Both the position numbers and the translations under genes were made by a program. 64,000 nt of DNA from an uncultured Candidatus Saccharibacteria bacterium (lineage in GTDB: Bacteria > Patescibacteriota > Saccharimonadia > CAILAD01 > GCA-016700035). The first letter of the stretch is position 1, and each line of letters opens with the position of its first letter. Below the pieces are notes generated by a model that was not told the origin of the DNA, did not search any database, and saw only the letters and a program-made list of their open reading frames with translations. Of this stretch, positions 46,213-57,300 are shown piece after piece. The stretch spans positions 87,273-151,272 of the forward strand of contig CAYVVS010000001.1 in the NCBI GenBank assembly GCA_964454845.1, in the 5' to 3' direction.

Positions 46213-49200
46213 TGCTTTACCCCTGGTAGTGTTAGGGTAACTGTCGTGCCTTTTTTCTGAGTGGAGGTTATGCGCAATTCGCCTCCAATCTGCTCTAGGA
46301 GAACTTTATCTAGATAGAGATTAAGACCAATGCCTTCGTAGTCGAATTTCAGCACATCGGTAGCGCGTGAGAACGGTGTCATCAGTTGTGAGAGCTTTGC
46401 AGTATCGATGCCGATACCACTATCTTCAAATGTAATTGTAGTGCCGCGCTTGGTGTTTTTGGTGTACACTTTGAGGCTTCCGCCATCTTTATTGAACTTA
46501 ACGGCGTTATCTACGATTGAGTTTATCAGTTGCTCAATGGCTTCTTGGGTGAGTGGGGCAGTGATATTTACTGGTACCTGGCTTGTTACGGTTATTTTCT
46601 TATCTGATACCGCGTTTTTTTGGGCGTTGAGCGCAGATTCTATAACTGGCGCGATGCTAATTGGAACAGGGAGAACTTCGAGCGGTCGGGAGAAGTTGAT
46701 GAGTCGGCCAAATTTCTTGAGGACGTCTTCGAGCATGGTGCTGCCATTTTGCAGTGTTTTTTGTGCGGGATCGGTTTTTGGAATGTCTTTCGTTAAGGCC
46801 TTTACGAGCCCAAGGTCAGCATTAAGGTCGCTATAGCTTTGCGTAATAAAGGCTACTCGTCGTGCCAAAATATCAGCCTCTAGCGTGAGCTGGTGCTTGA
46901 GGGCATCGTGGGAAGCTTGATTGCGTTTATAAGAGTGCCATGAGAGGGCAAGTAAGCCAATTCCTAGTACTAACGCAGTAATTTGTGCAACGATTAACGC
47001 GAAACTGAGTGAATAACGATCTGTTGCGGTGAAGAGTAGATTAAGAATAAACAGAATAAGTACCACAATTCCAGATGGGACCACGACAAAGATACTGAGC
47101 AGAGGATTTTTGAGACGGAGCTTATCGAGCTCTGTTGTGCTTTCTGCAACGCGAGAGGTCGTTTTTTGGCTTTCGGTTACAAGTTTCCTAATATCATCGG
47201 CCAAGTTTTTGATAGCTAGGTTGAGTTTGTTGATATTCGTCTGTGGGACAGCTTTTGTTGAGGCGAGGAGCTCCACACTGGCCTGCAGGATGTTAACTGG
47301 AGTATTAAGGTAGTGACTAGTAAGGGCGACAAAGTTTTGGCTTGCCTCTTTGGTGCTGTGATAGCGTTCAATTATGCCGCGTACTTTGGCGATAGTGCGG
47401 TATTCAAGCCATGCCTGACGTGCGTAGAGTACCGCTAGAGCGATAAGAACAAGAATGATGAAGAATGGCAAAGCTAGGGCCACAGCGTTTGGTGTCATGC
47501 GTATGGTGTTCAATACCCCTGCAGGTATAAAGCCGGTGAGGAAATTTGATTCAACAGTGACTGGGGGTGTGTCTGCTTTAGGTATTTTTACACCTTCTGG
47601 CGGGTATTTAGGGAATAGCGGGTTAGGGAGCTTAGGCTCAGGCTGATTGGTTGGCGATGGGGACGGTGATGGACTTGGATTGCTTGAAGGCGATGGTGAT
47701 GGAGCAATAGAGGGGCTAGGAGTGGTATTCGTGGTAACGGTTGGATTAGGAGTTGGTGTACTACTAGGTGCAGTGTAGTTGTAGGTGGAAATCGAGATAT
47801 TGTTGAAGGGTAAGGTGTAGATATCTGTCGAAGAAGAAGGCTGACTAAAATCTCCTCCAAACGCCATGAAAATGCCTGATAGAACCTCAAACTGGTTATC
47901 AAACTCTACTTTTTCTCGATGAGCATCCATAAAGTTAATTCCAAAGCTTTTAAAACTAGCCCCAGTGGGGTAGCTAGAGTTAGCGGTGCCAATTATGTCA
48001 TATGTTAGTGACTCACCTTGTTCTAAGGTGATATTCGTAGTAGGTAGACACACTGCAATCTTGCTAGTCGGGTAGAACTGTGCAAGATAGTCAAACTCAC
48101 TGGAGTTCCAATCTGCACAAGCTACAGAACTGGAATTTGTCGTTGAGAAGGTGAAGTTGGTGGGTATGATGTGTAATGATGCTGGAATTACATTTTGTAG
48201 CGTGGTGGTGCCCGGACCGTTATTCGTGAGGGTGTTTCGGTACGTAATGGTGTCACCGGCCTTAACTTCTCCCGAGTTAAGTAAGGTTGTATTGATTGAG
48301 ACATCTATTTCATAGCTTAATTCAGCTTCATTGCTAGGTTCACTCACCCCATCATTACTCACTGCATAGACTCGGAAGTAGTAGTGGGTGGCGGGGTTTA
48401 GCCCTGTAATGTCTTCATATGTGTTAGGCGACACAGTATTAGGGTAGGGTGTCCAGTCGCTATCGTTAGCGCTTCGAAACTCAATTAAGTAATCGGTAAC
48501 TGGACTACTTCCTTGGTTGGATGGAGCACTCCAGTGGAGGGTTGCATTCGTGCCGTCAGCGTTATCTATACTTAGGTTTTCGGGTGGTCCAGGAGGTGTT
48601 ACTGCACAGGCTGATGTAGCAAAAGAAACCGTTTGGCCCACGCCTCCCAGTACATCATTGCTTGTAGTTGAAAAGGCGCGTACATAGTAGTTTGTGTCAC
48701 ATAGTAGGCTATCCGCTGTAGTAAGGCTGATGCCATATGAGAACTTCTTGATAGGGTCATTTGAGTACATATTCACCACATAGGCATTGTCGCTCCTGTC
48801 GAATGAAATATCTGAGGCGTTAATAAGCTGGTTAGTGCCGTTGCCAGTTGAACCCCAAGAGTCTATGTAATTACCGTACGAGTTAAAGCGCTGTATGCGA
48901 TTATCGGTATTATCGGTCGTATATAAATTATCTTGGCTGTCAGTCTCTATGCCTGCAATCTCTGTAAATTGCCCGTTGCCTGTACCTGCAGAGCCCCATT
49001 GCAAGAGGTAATTGCCGTTGCTATCAAACTTTTGAATACGATAGTTATTTATGTCATATACGTAAACATTATTGGCTGAATCTATCGCTATGTGCCAAGC
49101 ACCAGAGAATTGCCCGTTGCCTGTACCTGCAGAGCCCCATTGCAAGAGGTAATTGCCGTTGCTATCAAACTTTTGAATACGATTAGCATTGATGTCAGAG

Positions 49201-52200
49201 ATGTAGACATTGTTACTTGCATCGATAGCGATTCCTCTAGGGCCTACGTAGCTAAACTGACCGTCTCCAGAGCCTTGAGAGCCCCAATCTAGAATGTAGT
49301 TTCCTTCGGAGTCAAACTTTTGAATACGATGATTGTATGTGTCGACGACATAAATATTGTTATAGCTATCAATGCCCATTGCTCTCGGGCTGTTGAATTG
49401 ACCGGGTGCCGATCCGCAGCTGCCCCATTCACTCAGAATGCCACCCGAGGAGTCGAATTTGCTCACTTTGCAGTTGTTCATATCTAGTGTGTAAGCATTG
49501 TCGCTGGCGTCATGCTCGATAGCGAGTAGCCCTAGGTTTTGCCCGTAGCCACTTCCGTATTCACCCCAAGATTCGGCTTCGGTATATGCTGGGGGTGTGG
49601 AATCGATATCCAAGTCTGTTCCGGTGTTAAAGTTGGGGTCGGTGCTCCATTGAAAGCCACGAGAAGCTAGCCATCGAGGGCTGACAAGCCCCGAGAATGT
49701 TGCCGAGTCGGCGTCGATATCAGAAGGTTCAAGAGTCGTGACTTGCGGGGTACAGCCAACTGTTGTAAAGGTTGCATCGTCACCATATCCTGTACTGTTC
49801 CAGTCTACAGCGAAAGCCCGGTAATGGTAGGTGGTACCGCACTCCAGCGATGAGGCAGTGAGGCTGTAGCTGCCCATGGTAAATGGCGGACTTTCAAGCG
49901 AATATTTGATTATAGCGTCACCATAATTGACTGCATATACATAGCCATTCGAGTCAACTTCAATGTCATTTAGTGCTGAGATCTCAGAATGTTCAGTAAA
50001 TGAGTGGAGTAGTAATGAGTCGCCATCCGGGCTAAAGCGCTGAACTTGCTTCGAGAACTCTGATGTATAAATTGATCCATCTGGAGCAAAGGCAACACCG
50101 TTAAGGCCTGTAAATTGACCAGCCTCAGATCCAGTATCCCCCCAGTGATTGAGTGGGTTACCATTTGTATCAAATGTCTGCACCCGTGCTCCTTCCCACT
50201 CGGCCGTAGCAATTATCCCATCGCGGTAACTAACGTCATTTAGCCCATAGAATTGGCCTACGCCGGTTCCGAAATTGCCCCATTGCAAGAGGTAATTGCC
50301 GTTGCTATCAAATTTTTGGATCCGGTTATTCCCGCTGTCTGCAACGTACATATTATTTGCTTCGTCGAAAGCAATACTATAAGGAGTGGAAAACTGTCCA
50401 TTACCAGATCCGTAGATTCCAATAATTGCAATAAAATTACCATTAGAATCAAACTTTTGAATGCGATGGTTTAAGGCATCAACAACGTAAACGTAGCCAT
50501 TCGTATCTACGGCAATTTCGCGTAGATCGCCAAATTGCCCAGGTCCTGATCCGGGTGAACCCCATGTAAGTAGGTGGTTTCCATTTGCATCAAGCTTTTG
50601 CACGCGAGTGTTATACCATTCGACAGTATAGATATCTCCTGTAGGGGCAATTGCTATATGGGGTGATTGCAGCTGTCCGTCTTGGTCCCCCCATTCGCTT
50701 ATACTTTGCTCAAACTGAAGTTGACTTGTCGCAGGTTCTGAGAGCATACTGCCGTAATTTGTTGTCTTGCCATACTGTATGCCACGAGAGATTAGGGGTG
50801 ATCCACCGGTAGAGGTGATGCTTCCATGGAGTGTCGCTGCCGAACTTGAAATATTTGAAGAAGATAGAGTTGCAACCTCCAGCCCTGTACTGCTACAAGC
50901 ATCTGTTGTAAAGGATACATCGTTTCCATAGGAGGTACCATCGCCATTTGTCGCGAAGCTACGGTAGTGGTAAGTGGTTCCGCAAGTTAAGTTAGTGAGT
51001 GTCGATGCAAAGCCCTCTGGGTTAAAGGTGGCTGGCTGGTTGAATGTTTTGATGCTGACACTGCCTAGATCGGCTATAACAACCTGGTCATAGGAGTTAA
51101 TGGCAATGCCCCAAGGCGACCAAAACTGCATATCTCCAGGGCCAACGCTCCCAAACTGGGTGATATATGAGCCGGCGTTGCTGAATTTCTGTACCCTAGC
51201 ATTTATCGCATCTTGAACATAAATGTTGTTATTTGAATCTACTGCTAAATGATTAACATTTGAACTGCTAAACTGGTTATTTCCACCTCCAGAGGAGCCC
51301 CATTTCGTAATATATGAGCCGTCTGAGCTAAACTTCTGAATCCGCGGGTTATCGTAGTCAATAATGAAGATATTATCGTAGCTGTCCACAACCATATCGC
51401 CAATCCCATAAAACTGGCCATTTGACGTGCCATATGAGCCCCAGCTTTGGATTAAGTTAAAGTTGCTATCAAATTTTTGTACAAAATTATACGTGTCACC
51501 AGTATAGATATTGCCTTGAGAGTCAACTTCGATAGATATATTGAAGCCAGGTGAGTTTGGAAAACTCCAGGTATTGAGGAGTTCACCGGTAGCTGAATAT
51601 TTACGAACGCCCCCTGTACCTACAACGTAAGCGTTGTTGAGTCCGTCAAAGGCAACGTCATCTTGAGCCCAATCTTGATCTATAGTGTATTTATAGTTAC
51701 CGTATGCATCAAATTTCTGTATGCCAGAGCTTAGTTGGTCATTCTGAACGTACATATTATTGAGGTTATCAACGTAGACTGCATCAGGAGCAGAAAAGGC
51801 CGTATTTCCAAATTGCGTTTGGTAGTTTCCAGTATCATCGAAGACTTGCACGCGACTGTTATAGAAATCGACAGTGTAAATCTTGTCGTTTGTGTTGTTG
51901 TAGATAATACCGCTAACAAATATAAACTCGCCATCACCATTGCCGTACGTACCCCATTGATTATTGAATGCTCTATTGCTATAGATGAATTCTTGTACTC
52001 TTTGATTGCCGAGTGATGTGCCGGCCGAATCCGTAACATATATTGAGCCGCTAATCGGTGAGAAGTTAATCTTCTGCGGATAGCCAAACTGCTTATTGCC
52101 TGAGCCATATGAACCCCACTGGGAGTGGTAAGTCCCGGTGGTGGTAAATTCTTGGATTCGTGAATTGAACGTGTCAACCACTAGGATGCGGTCGAGAAAA

Positions 52201-54158
52201 TTGTCGTAAGTGATGCCCCGCGGTACATTAAACTGCCCATTGCCCGATCCAGAAGATCCCCATTTGGTGATGAACGTACCGTTTGCATCAAATTTTTGAA
52301 CACGGTTATTGTTTGAATCAGTAACATACACATTGCCACCCGAGTCGATTGCGATAGAATTTGGCCCGTTAAATTGTCCATTTCCCGAGCCGTCTGATCC
52401 CCATTTGGTGATGAACGTACCGTTTGCATCAAATTTTTGAATTCGGTTATTATTAGTGTCCGCTACATAGATGTTTCCTGATGTATCGATTGCGATACCG
52501 TTTGGCGCTCTCAAGTCTCCGTCGCGAGAGCCGGTCCAGTTCTGGTCTATTGGGTTTCCTATTGTTCCGAGCAGATTGCCGTTGACATCATATTTTTTAA
52601 TGTTGTTCGTGGTATATCGGCTGTCAGTAACATAGATATTGCCACTTAAGTCTTGAGCTATGTCTTGAGGTCGATTGAGTCCAGTTCCAGTTGTATTACT
52701 GGCGAGCGTAAAACTAGAAGGAGAGTTGGGCGTAAGATTTACAGTATTGCCATAGCTTGTATCGTTGCCCCACTGGAAGCCGCGAGCTGTTGTTGCAGTA
52801 TTGAGCGTGCTCCATTGTGTGCCGTTAAGAGTAGCGAGATTTTGGGTTAGATCCGTTGCTGCACCGGTTGTTACAGATGGGGTAGTGCGCAAGGTGGGGT
52901 AGCCACCTAGTGTTGTTTTCCATACAACGTTAAAGTCCCAGGTGTTGAGTGGAGTTGCAGCTGAGTTTCCGAAGAAATAGTTGGGGGAACCAGAACTTAT
53001 GTTTACACTAGTGCACTGGGCCGCTACATTACTAACGCACTCAGTGGCCGTCGTACGAGAAACGTCAAAAAAGTTATTTCTCCCAGAAATTGCTCCGGCG
53101 TCTAAATTTTCGGCCCTTCCTACGAGACCACCCTTATAGCTAGGAGCACCGGAGGTAGTTATTTGAGTGGCTGCAAAACTATTTTCAACAACAGTCCCGG
53201 TGTTACTCATGCTAGCGATGAGTCCACCCCCTGTGTCTCCCCAGCCATAGCCGTTGTTTGTTGAGATACTACCGTGAGCATATGAGTTAGAAACCTTACC
53301 GTATTGCAGGTCTGCTACAAGGCCACCTGCTTTGTCCCCAGTAAGCACGGCATTTGCATAACTGTTAGTGATGCTAGATTGGTAGGCGGATGATGATTCA
53401 ACTATCATTCCCACAAGGCCACCTACCTGACCTCCAGTGGAGCTGACTGTACCGCTATAGCTTGATTGGTCTAGCTGGCTATTTTGTAGCAAGCTTCCGA
53501 TTAGGCCACCGCTGCCTGCACCATTGACGGAACCGGATGCGTTTACCTGTCTAACTGTAGTTGCATTGCTGGCTACACCTACGACTACGCCAGTATAGCC
53601 ACAGTTCGTGACAGGGCACCCTATTATTGATGGCTTGGTGAATACGATGTTTTTGATCAGAGCTGAATTTGTATAGCCAAAAAGACCCGAATGAGCATTG
53701 CTTGTTCCGCTGCTCTTATTGATGTAGAGGTTGCTGATTCTTAGATTACGTCCATCTAGTGAGCCGCTAAATGGATTGCTGCTATTTTGACCAACCGGGA
53801 TAAATCCGGTATTGGAGTTCCAGCTAGAGCTAGCTGAACAATCAATATCACTAACGAGTGCGTAGTGACTCGTGAGAGATTGCTGCATTTCTTGCAGCTG
53901 AGAGCAGTTGGCAATTTGGAAGGGGTCTAGCGTAGTGCCAGTACCTGAGCCAGAGAAAGCCTTGCTCCCGTGTTTATCATTAATAAAACCCGCATACAGT
54001 AAGGTAATTAGGATGATTATTACGGCTCCCACAGCCGTAATAATCTTTAAGTTATTTTTCTTTTTTAGGGGGCGTACTGCCCGTTCCACAGATGAATAGA
54101 CCCAAATTGGTCCAATGGGCGTTTTTATGGTTTTCAACTTGGTCTTTTTTTGCGGCAT
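46209..54158 (-). CDS. Giant (2649 aa) membrane histidine kinase with GLUG-repeat / NHL beta-propeller / FN3 ectodomain
   Basis: N-terminal basic segment and TM anchor. GLUG-type repeats (SGLFG, GGLIG, GGLVG…). Many NHL repeats (…YVTDSNNNRVQKFDANGTFITKWGSSGSGNGQF…), interspersed FN3-like units, a Pro/Ser-rich stalk and TM segments. Cytoplasmic H-box-like SHYLNTPVNIL and complete HATPase_c (N-box DNAVKF, G1 DSGIGI, G2 GIGLNL). Confidence 0.8.
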   Translation of the reverse strand: MPQKKTKLKTIKTPIGPIWVYSSVERAVRPLKKKNNLKIITAVGAVIIILITLLYAGFINDKHGSKAFSGSGTGTTLDPFQIANCSQLQEMQQSLTSHYALVSDIDCSASSSWNSNTGFIPVGQNSSNPFSGSLDGRNLRISNLYINKSSGTSNAHSGLFGYTNSALIKNIVFTKPSIIGCPVTNCGYTGVVVGVASNATTVRQVNASGSVNGAGSGGLIGSLLQNSQLDQSSYSGTVSSTGGQVGGLVGMIVESSSAYQSSITNSYANAVLTGDKAGGLVADLQYGKVSNSYAHGSISTNNGYGWGDTGGGLIASMSNTGTVVENSFAATQITTSGAPSYKGGLVGRAENLDAGAISGRNNFFDVSRTTATECVSNVAAQCTSVNISSGSPNYFFGNSAATPLNTWDFNVVWKTTLGGYPTLRTTPSVTTGAATDLTQNLATLNGTQWSTLNTATTARGFQWGNDTSYGNTVNLTPNSPSSFTLASNTTGTGLNRPQDIAQDLSGNIYVTDSRYTTNNIKKYDVNGNLLGTIGNPIDQNWTGSRDGDLRAPNGIAIDTSGNIYVADTNNNRIQKFDANGTFITKWGSDGSGNGQFNGPNSIAIDSGGNVYVTDSNNNRVQKFDANGTFITKWGSSGSGNGQFNVPRGITYDNFLDRILVVDTFNSRIQEFTTTGTYHSQWGSYGSGNKQFGYPQKINFSPISGSIYVTDSAGTSLGNQRVQEFIYSNRAFNNQWGTYGNGDGEFIFVSGIIYNNTNDKIYTVDFYNSRVQVFDDTGNYQTQFGNTAFSAPDAVYVDNLNNMYVQNDQLSSGIQKFDAYGNYKYTIDQDWAQDDVAFDGLNNAYVVGTGGVRKYSATGELLNTWSFPNSPGFNISIEVDSQGNIYTGDTYNFVQKFDSNFNLIQSWGSYGTSNGQFYGIGDMVVDSYDNIFIIDYDNPRIQKFSSDGSYITKWGSSGGGNNQFSSSNVNHLAVDSNNNIYVQDAINARVQKFSNAGSYITQFGSVGPGDMQFWSPWGIAINSYDQVVIADLGSVSIKTFNQPATFNPEGFASTLTNLTCGTTYHYRSFATNGDGTSYGNDVSFTTDACSSTGLEVATLSSSNISSSAATLHGSITSTGGSPLISRGIQYGKTTNYGSMLSEPATSQLQFEQSISEWGDQDGQLQSPHIAIAPTGDIYTVEWYNTRVQKLDANGNHLLTWGSPGSGPGQFGDLREIAVDTNGYVYVVDALNHRIQKFDSNGNFIAIIGIYGSGNGQFSTPYSIAFDEANNMYVADSGNNRIQKFDSNGNYLLQWGNFGTGVGQFYGLNDVSYRDGIIATAEWEGARVQTFDTNGNPLNHWGDTGSEAGQFTGLNGVAFAPDGSIYTSEFSKQVQRFSPDGDSLLLHSFTEHSEISALNDIEVDSNGYVYAVNYGDAIIKYSLESPPFTMGSYSLTASSLECGTTYHYRAFAVDWNSTGYGDDATFTTVGCTPQVTTLEPSDIDADSATFSGLVSPRWLASRGFQWSTDPNFNTGTDLDIDSTPPAYTEAESWGEYGSGYGQNLGLLAIEHDASDNAYTLDMNNCKVSKFDSSGGILSEWGSCGSAPGQFNSPRAMGIDSYNNIYVVDTYNHRIQKFDSEGNYILDWGSQGSGDGQFSYVGPRGIAIDASNNVYISDINANRIQKFDSNGNYLLQWGSAGTGNGQFSGAWHIAIDSANNVYVYDINNYRIQKFDSNGNYLLQWGSAGTGNGQFTEIAGIETDSQDNLYTTDNTDNRIQRFNSYGNYIDSWGSTGNGTNQLINASDISFDRSDNAYVVNMYSNDPIKKFSYGISLTTADSLLCDTNYYVRAFSTTSNDVLGGVGQTVSFATSACAVTPPGPPENLSIDNADGTNATLHWSAPSNQGSSPVTDYLIEFRSANDSDWTPYPNTVSPNTYEDITGLNPATHYYFRVYAVSNDGVSEPSNEAELSYEIDVSINTTLLNSGEVKAGDTITYRNTLTNNGPGTTTLQNVIPASLHIIPTNFTFSTTNSSSVACADWNSSEFDYLAQFYPTSKIAVCLPTTNITLEQGESLTYDIIGTANSSYPTGASFKSFGINFMDAHREKVEFDNQFEVLSGIFMAFGGDFSQPSSSTDIYTLPFNNISISTYNYTAPSSTPTPNPTVTTNTTPSPSIAPSPSPSSNPSPSPSPSPTNQPEPKLPNPLFPKYPPEGVKIPKADTPPVTVESNFLTGFIPAGVLNTIRMTPNAVALALPFFIILVLIALAVLYARQAWLEYRTIAKVRGIIERYHSTKEASQNFVALTSHYLNTPVNILQASVELLASTKAVPQTNINKLNLAIKNLADDIRKLVTESQKTTSRVAESTTELDKLRLKNPLLSIFVVVPSGIVVLILFILNLLFTATDRYSLSFALIVAQITALVLGIGLLALSWHSYKRNQASHDALKHQLTLEADILARRVAFITQSYSDLNADLGLVKALTKDIPKTDPAQKTLQNGSTMLEDVLKKFGRLINFSRPLEVLPVPISIAPVIESALNAQKNAVSDKKITVTSQVPVNITAPLTQEAIEQLINSIVDNAVKFNKDGGSLKVYTKNTKRGTTITFEDSGIGIDTAKLSQLMTPFSRATDVLKFDYEGIGLNLYLDKVLLEQIGGELRITSTQKKGTTVTLTLPGVKQ

Positions 54159-54322
54159 TAGTATTAGAATTTATGCGTGTTTCTGTATTACTCTCTACTT
54201 TACATATATATGACTCTAGGGACAATAGTTTTTATGCTTAATTCAGCTCTTTTGACGCAAAAAAGTATTCATTTTGCTCTCCTTGGTGTGATATAGTGAT
54301 AGTGAGTTAGCATAAGCGTTTC

Positions 54323-57300
54323 ATGCGCAAAAAAGTCATGACAAAATCCAAAAAGCAAATCCCACAGAAATCTACTCGTTTAGTTGACGCAGTTCGTCAG
54401 TCGAGTGTTGCTGTGCGTAAAAACTCTCAATCGTTTGAGGCTATTCAACACAAGACGAGGCTCGGTGTAGTTTACATTGCAGTAAAGGACTTTGTTCGAC
54501 GTGCGCCTGAGAATCTTAAGGTGGGTGTGAGCAGAGCGGGGAGAAGCAGGCAGCGCATACTTGGAAAAATAGCTGCTAGGCTACCAAAGATAGCTCTTCC
54601 ACAATTTCAAGCTTCCAACAGGTTAAAAAGCGTTGTAGCCAGTACATCATTAGTTGTCATGATGGTACTGATGTTCTTTAATATGGGGGTCCATAATGTT
54701 GCGCGCGCTTTTGATACGCTCAATCAATCCGATTGGAGTGGCGGACAAGGTATAAGTCCGGTTAATCAGTATGAGGAGAAAGATGGCAATGTTGTAACTG
54801 CTACAGCGGGTCAGTTGAGCTTGAGTGGTGGAGCTTCTGCCTGGTGCAGTACCGCAAACTGCAATACGAATTGGACACGACGCAAGGTTCTCGTACCACG
54901 TGGCGGCATAAATGACACGGATATGACTTATGCGCAAGTTCAATTGACTGTTGAATATGAAAATGAAATGAAGTCTGATTTTAGCGACTTACGTTTTACG
55001 AATCGGTATAGCAATCAAGATGTTCCGTATTGGGTTATGCGTAAGACAGACGGTGTATCTGCGACTGTCTTTTTGAAGATACAGCTTTCAAGTGGTGGCG
55101 TGGATAGTCATACGTATATGTACTACGGAAATGCGGCGGCCACCTCTCTATCGTCTAAGGGAGGCGTGTTTGATCTGTATGACTCTTACGACACGGGTAG
55201 CCTTCAGGGTAACTATTTTGATATCGATGGTGCTGATGGGGAGATTGATGGACTTGGAGGTAAGCTAACCCGGCTTGATTATGGTATTAGTCACCCCGGC
55301 CCATTTTCTCGAGATCGCACTCGAGTATACGAAGCCGACCTTAAGTTAGATCTCTCTTCATATACATGTGGCGACTCTGCCGGTGTGGGATCTATAGAAA
55401 TAGGCTTCCAGGGTGGTACGGCAGAGCTCTACTTTGATATGCCTGCAAATTGCGATAGCAATGGCAAATATTGGAGGGTTTCTGGTGCTACTAACGGGAG
55501 TGAGTCGGTAAATTTTCCAGACTCTACTGCCTATCATTTTACCTCGAATATATATGTGCGCCTGCGGTTAGTGGCGTATCAGGATGGCGGGCATGCTTAT
55601 TTCTTCAGTCGGGATAATGGAGAAACATATACGGCTTTCCCCGGTGTTAATACCGGTATAAATAGTGATAATTTTCCTACGGAATATTACTTAAGCAATG
55701 GCAATGCTGTAACGACATATCGTCATGTGGTTGCGTACCAGGGACTACTGGATAGAAGTACGTCGCTTAATTTTGATGCATCTGTTGAAGAATATGTAAA
55801 TGGCAGAGTCGGTGGATTTACGAGTGTTGAGTATGACTTAGGCTCTGACAGGACGTTCTTTGGAGATCTAAATATTACCTACACCGGTACGGGTGCTGTC
55901 GGAGTGTACATATCGGGGTCTGACACCCCAGGAGGTACACTTGATTCAATCTCTATGTATGTTAGTTGTCCGTTCGTTAAAAATACCACAGCTATTTCTT
56001 CGGATTGTCTACCCGCAGGGAGTCGTTACGTGAGGTACTATTTGCTGCTTTCTTCTGATGCTGCAAATAGCCTCGTTATTCAGGATGTATCACTTGAATA
56101 CTCAATTGATGTAGACAGTCCAACGATAGTCAGTGGTGTGCAGACGCGTAGAACGAGTAATAATGCGGTAATCTCGACCGGCTGGATAAATGAGACACCA
56201 AAATTTAGTTGGAATGCCTCTGTCGATGGTGTAGATGGTTCGGGCATTGCTGGATATTGTTTGTATTTTGGTACTGATAGCGGCGCTGATCTAAGTACAA
56301 CCCAAGGTTTGTTACCTACAACAAGCCCATATGATACTGGAGGATTATGCCAATACGCCATACAGGCCACGTCGCTAGACTTGTCGCAACTAACATTACA
56401 GAGTTCGCTGACTACAAATACACAATACCACCTAAAAATACAGCCATTTGATAATGCTGGGAATCTGGCGACCGCAACAACGAGTGCTCTTGGCTATGAT
56501 ACTGATACTCCTGGACCATATACGACTGCGTTTGGGCCTAACGGGTATGTCAATTCGCCAATACAGCCAGTAAACTGGGCAAAAGACGCACCAGCGATGG
56601 TAGTTGACGATGGTGGTTCCGGGGTTGCGGGCATTAAATATTGTGTCTTTAGCTACGCGACTGGTGATGGGTGTAGTCTATTTGGTGGTTCGCCATCTGA
56701 TTTTCCTTGGTATGGACCGGCTCGCACCAATAGCCTTCCAAACGATCCTATAGATGTATATAGTTTTTCGAGCGGTGGTTTTAACCTTGTAGACGATGAT
56801 TTGGCCCGTATGACCGATGAAGGGCTTAATGGTGTTGTTTTGCTCCTGATTGATAACGCGGGTAACGTTGCGCAATTTGGTTCAGGTGGAGCTCCTGTAA
56901 TTATTAATGTTACTCAGCAGCCTCCATCAGCTCCGCAAAATTTACAGGTAAGTCCTAGTAGTAATAATGAAAACGCGTTCTCATTCACATGGGCAGCTCC
57001 CGCGACCGCATCAGGCCCAACTGGTCAAGTGGATTATTGTTGGACGGTAAACGTATCCATAGCTTCCGATGGCAGCAATTGTAATTGGACCGGTCAAGGT
57101 ATTACACAGCTCGCACAGGGAGCTTACGCCACGCAACAGGGTAGCAATACACTGTATTTGATGGCCAAGGATCAGTCGCAGAATTTTTCTAATGCCAATG
57201 TGACGAGTGTGAATTTCACAGCAACAACTGTGGCGCCCGGGCCACCTCAGAACCTCGAGCTTTCAGATGTGTCAATTCGCGCTACGAGTAGCTGGAAGAT

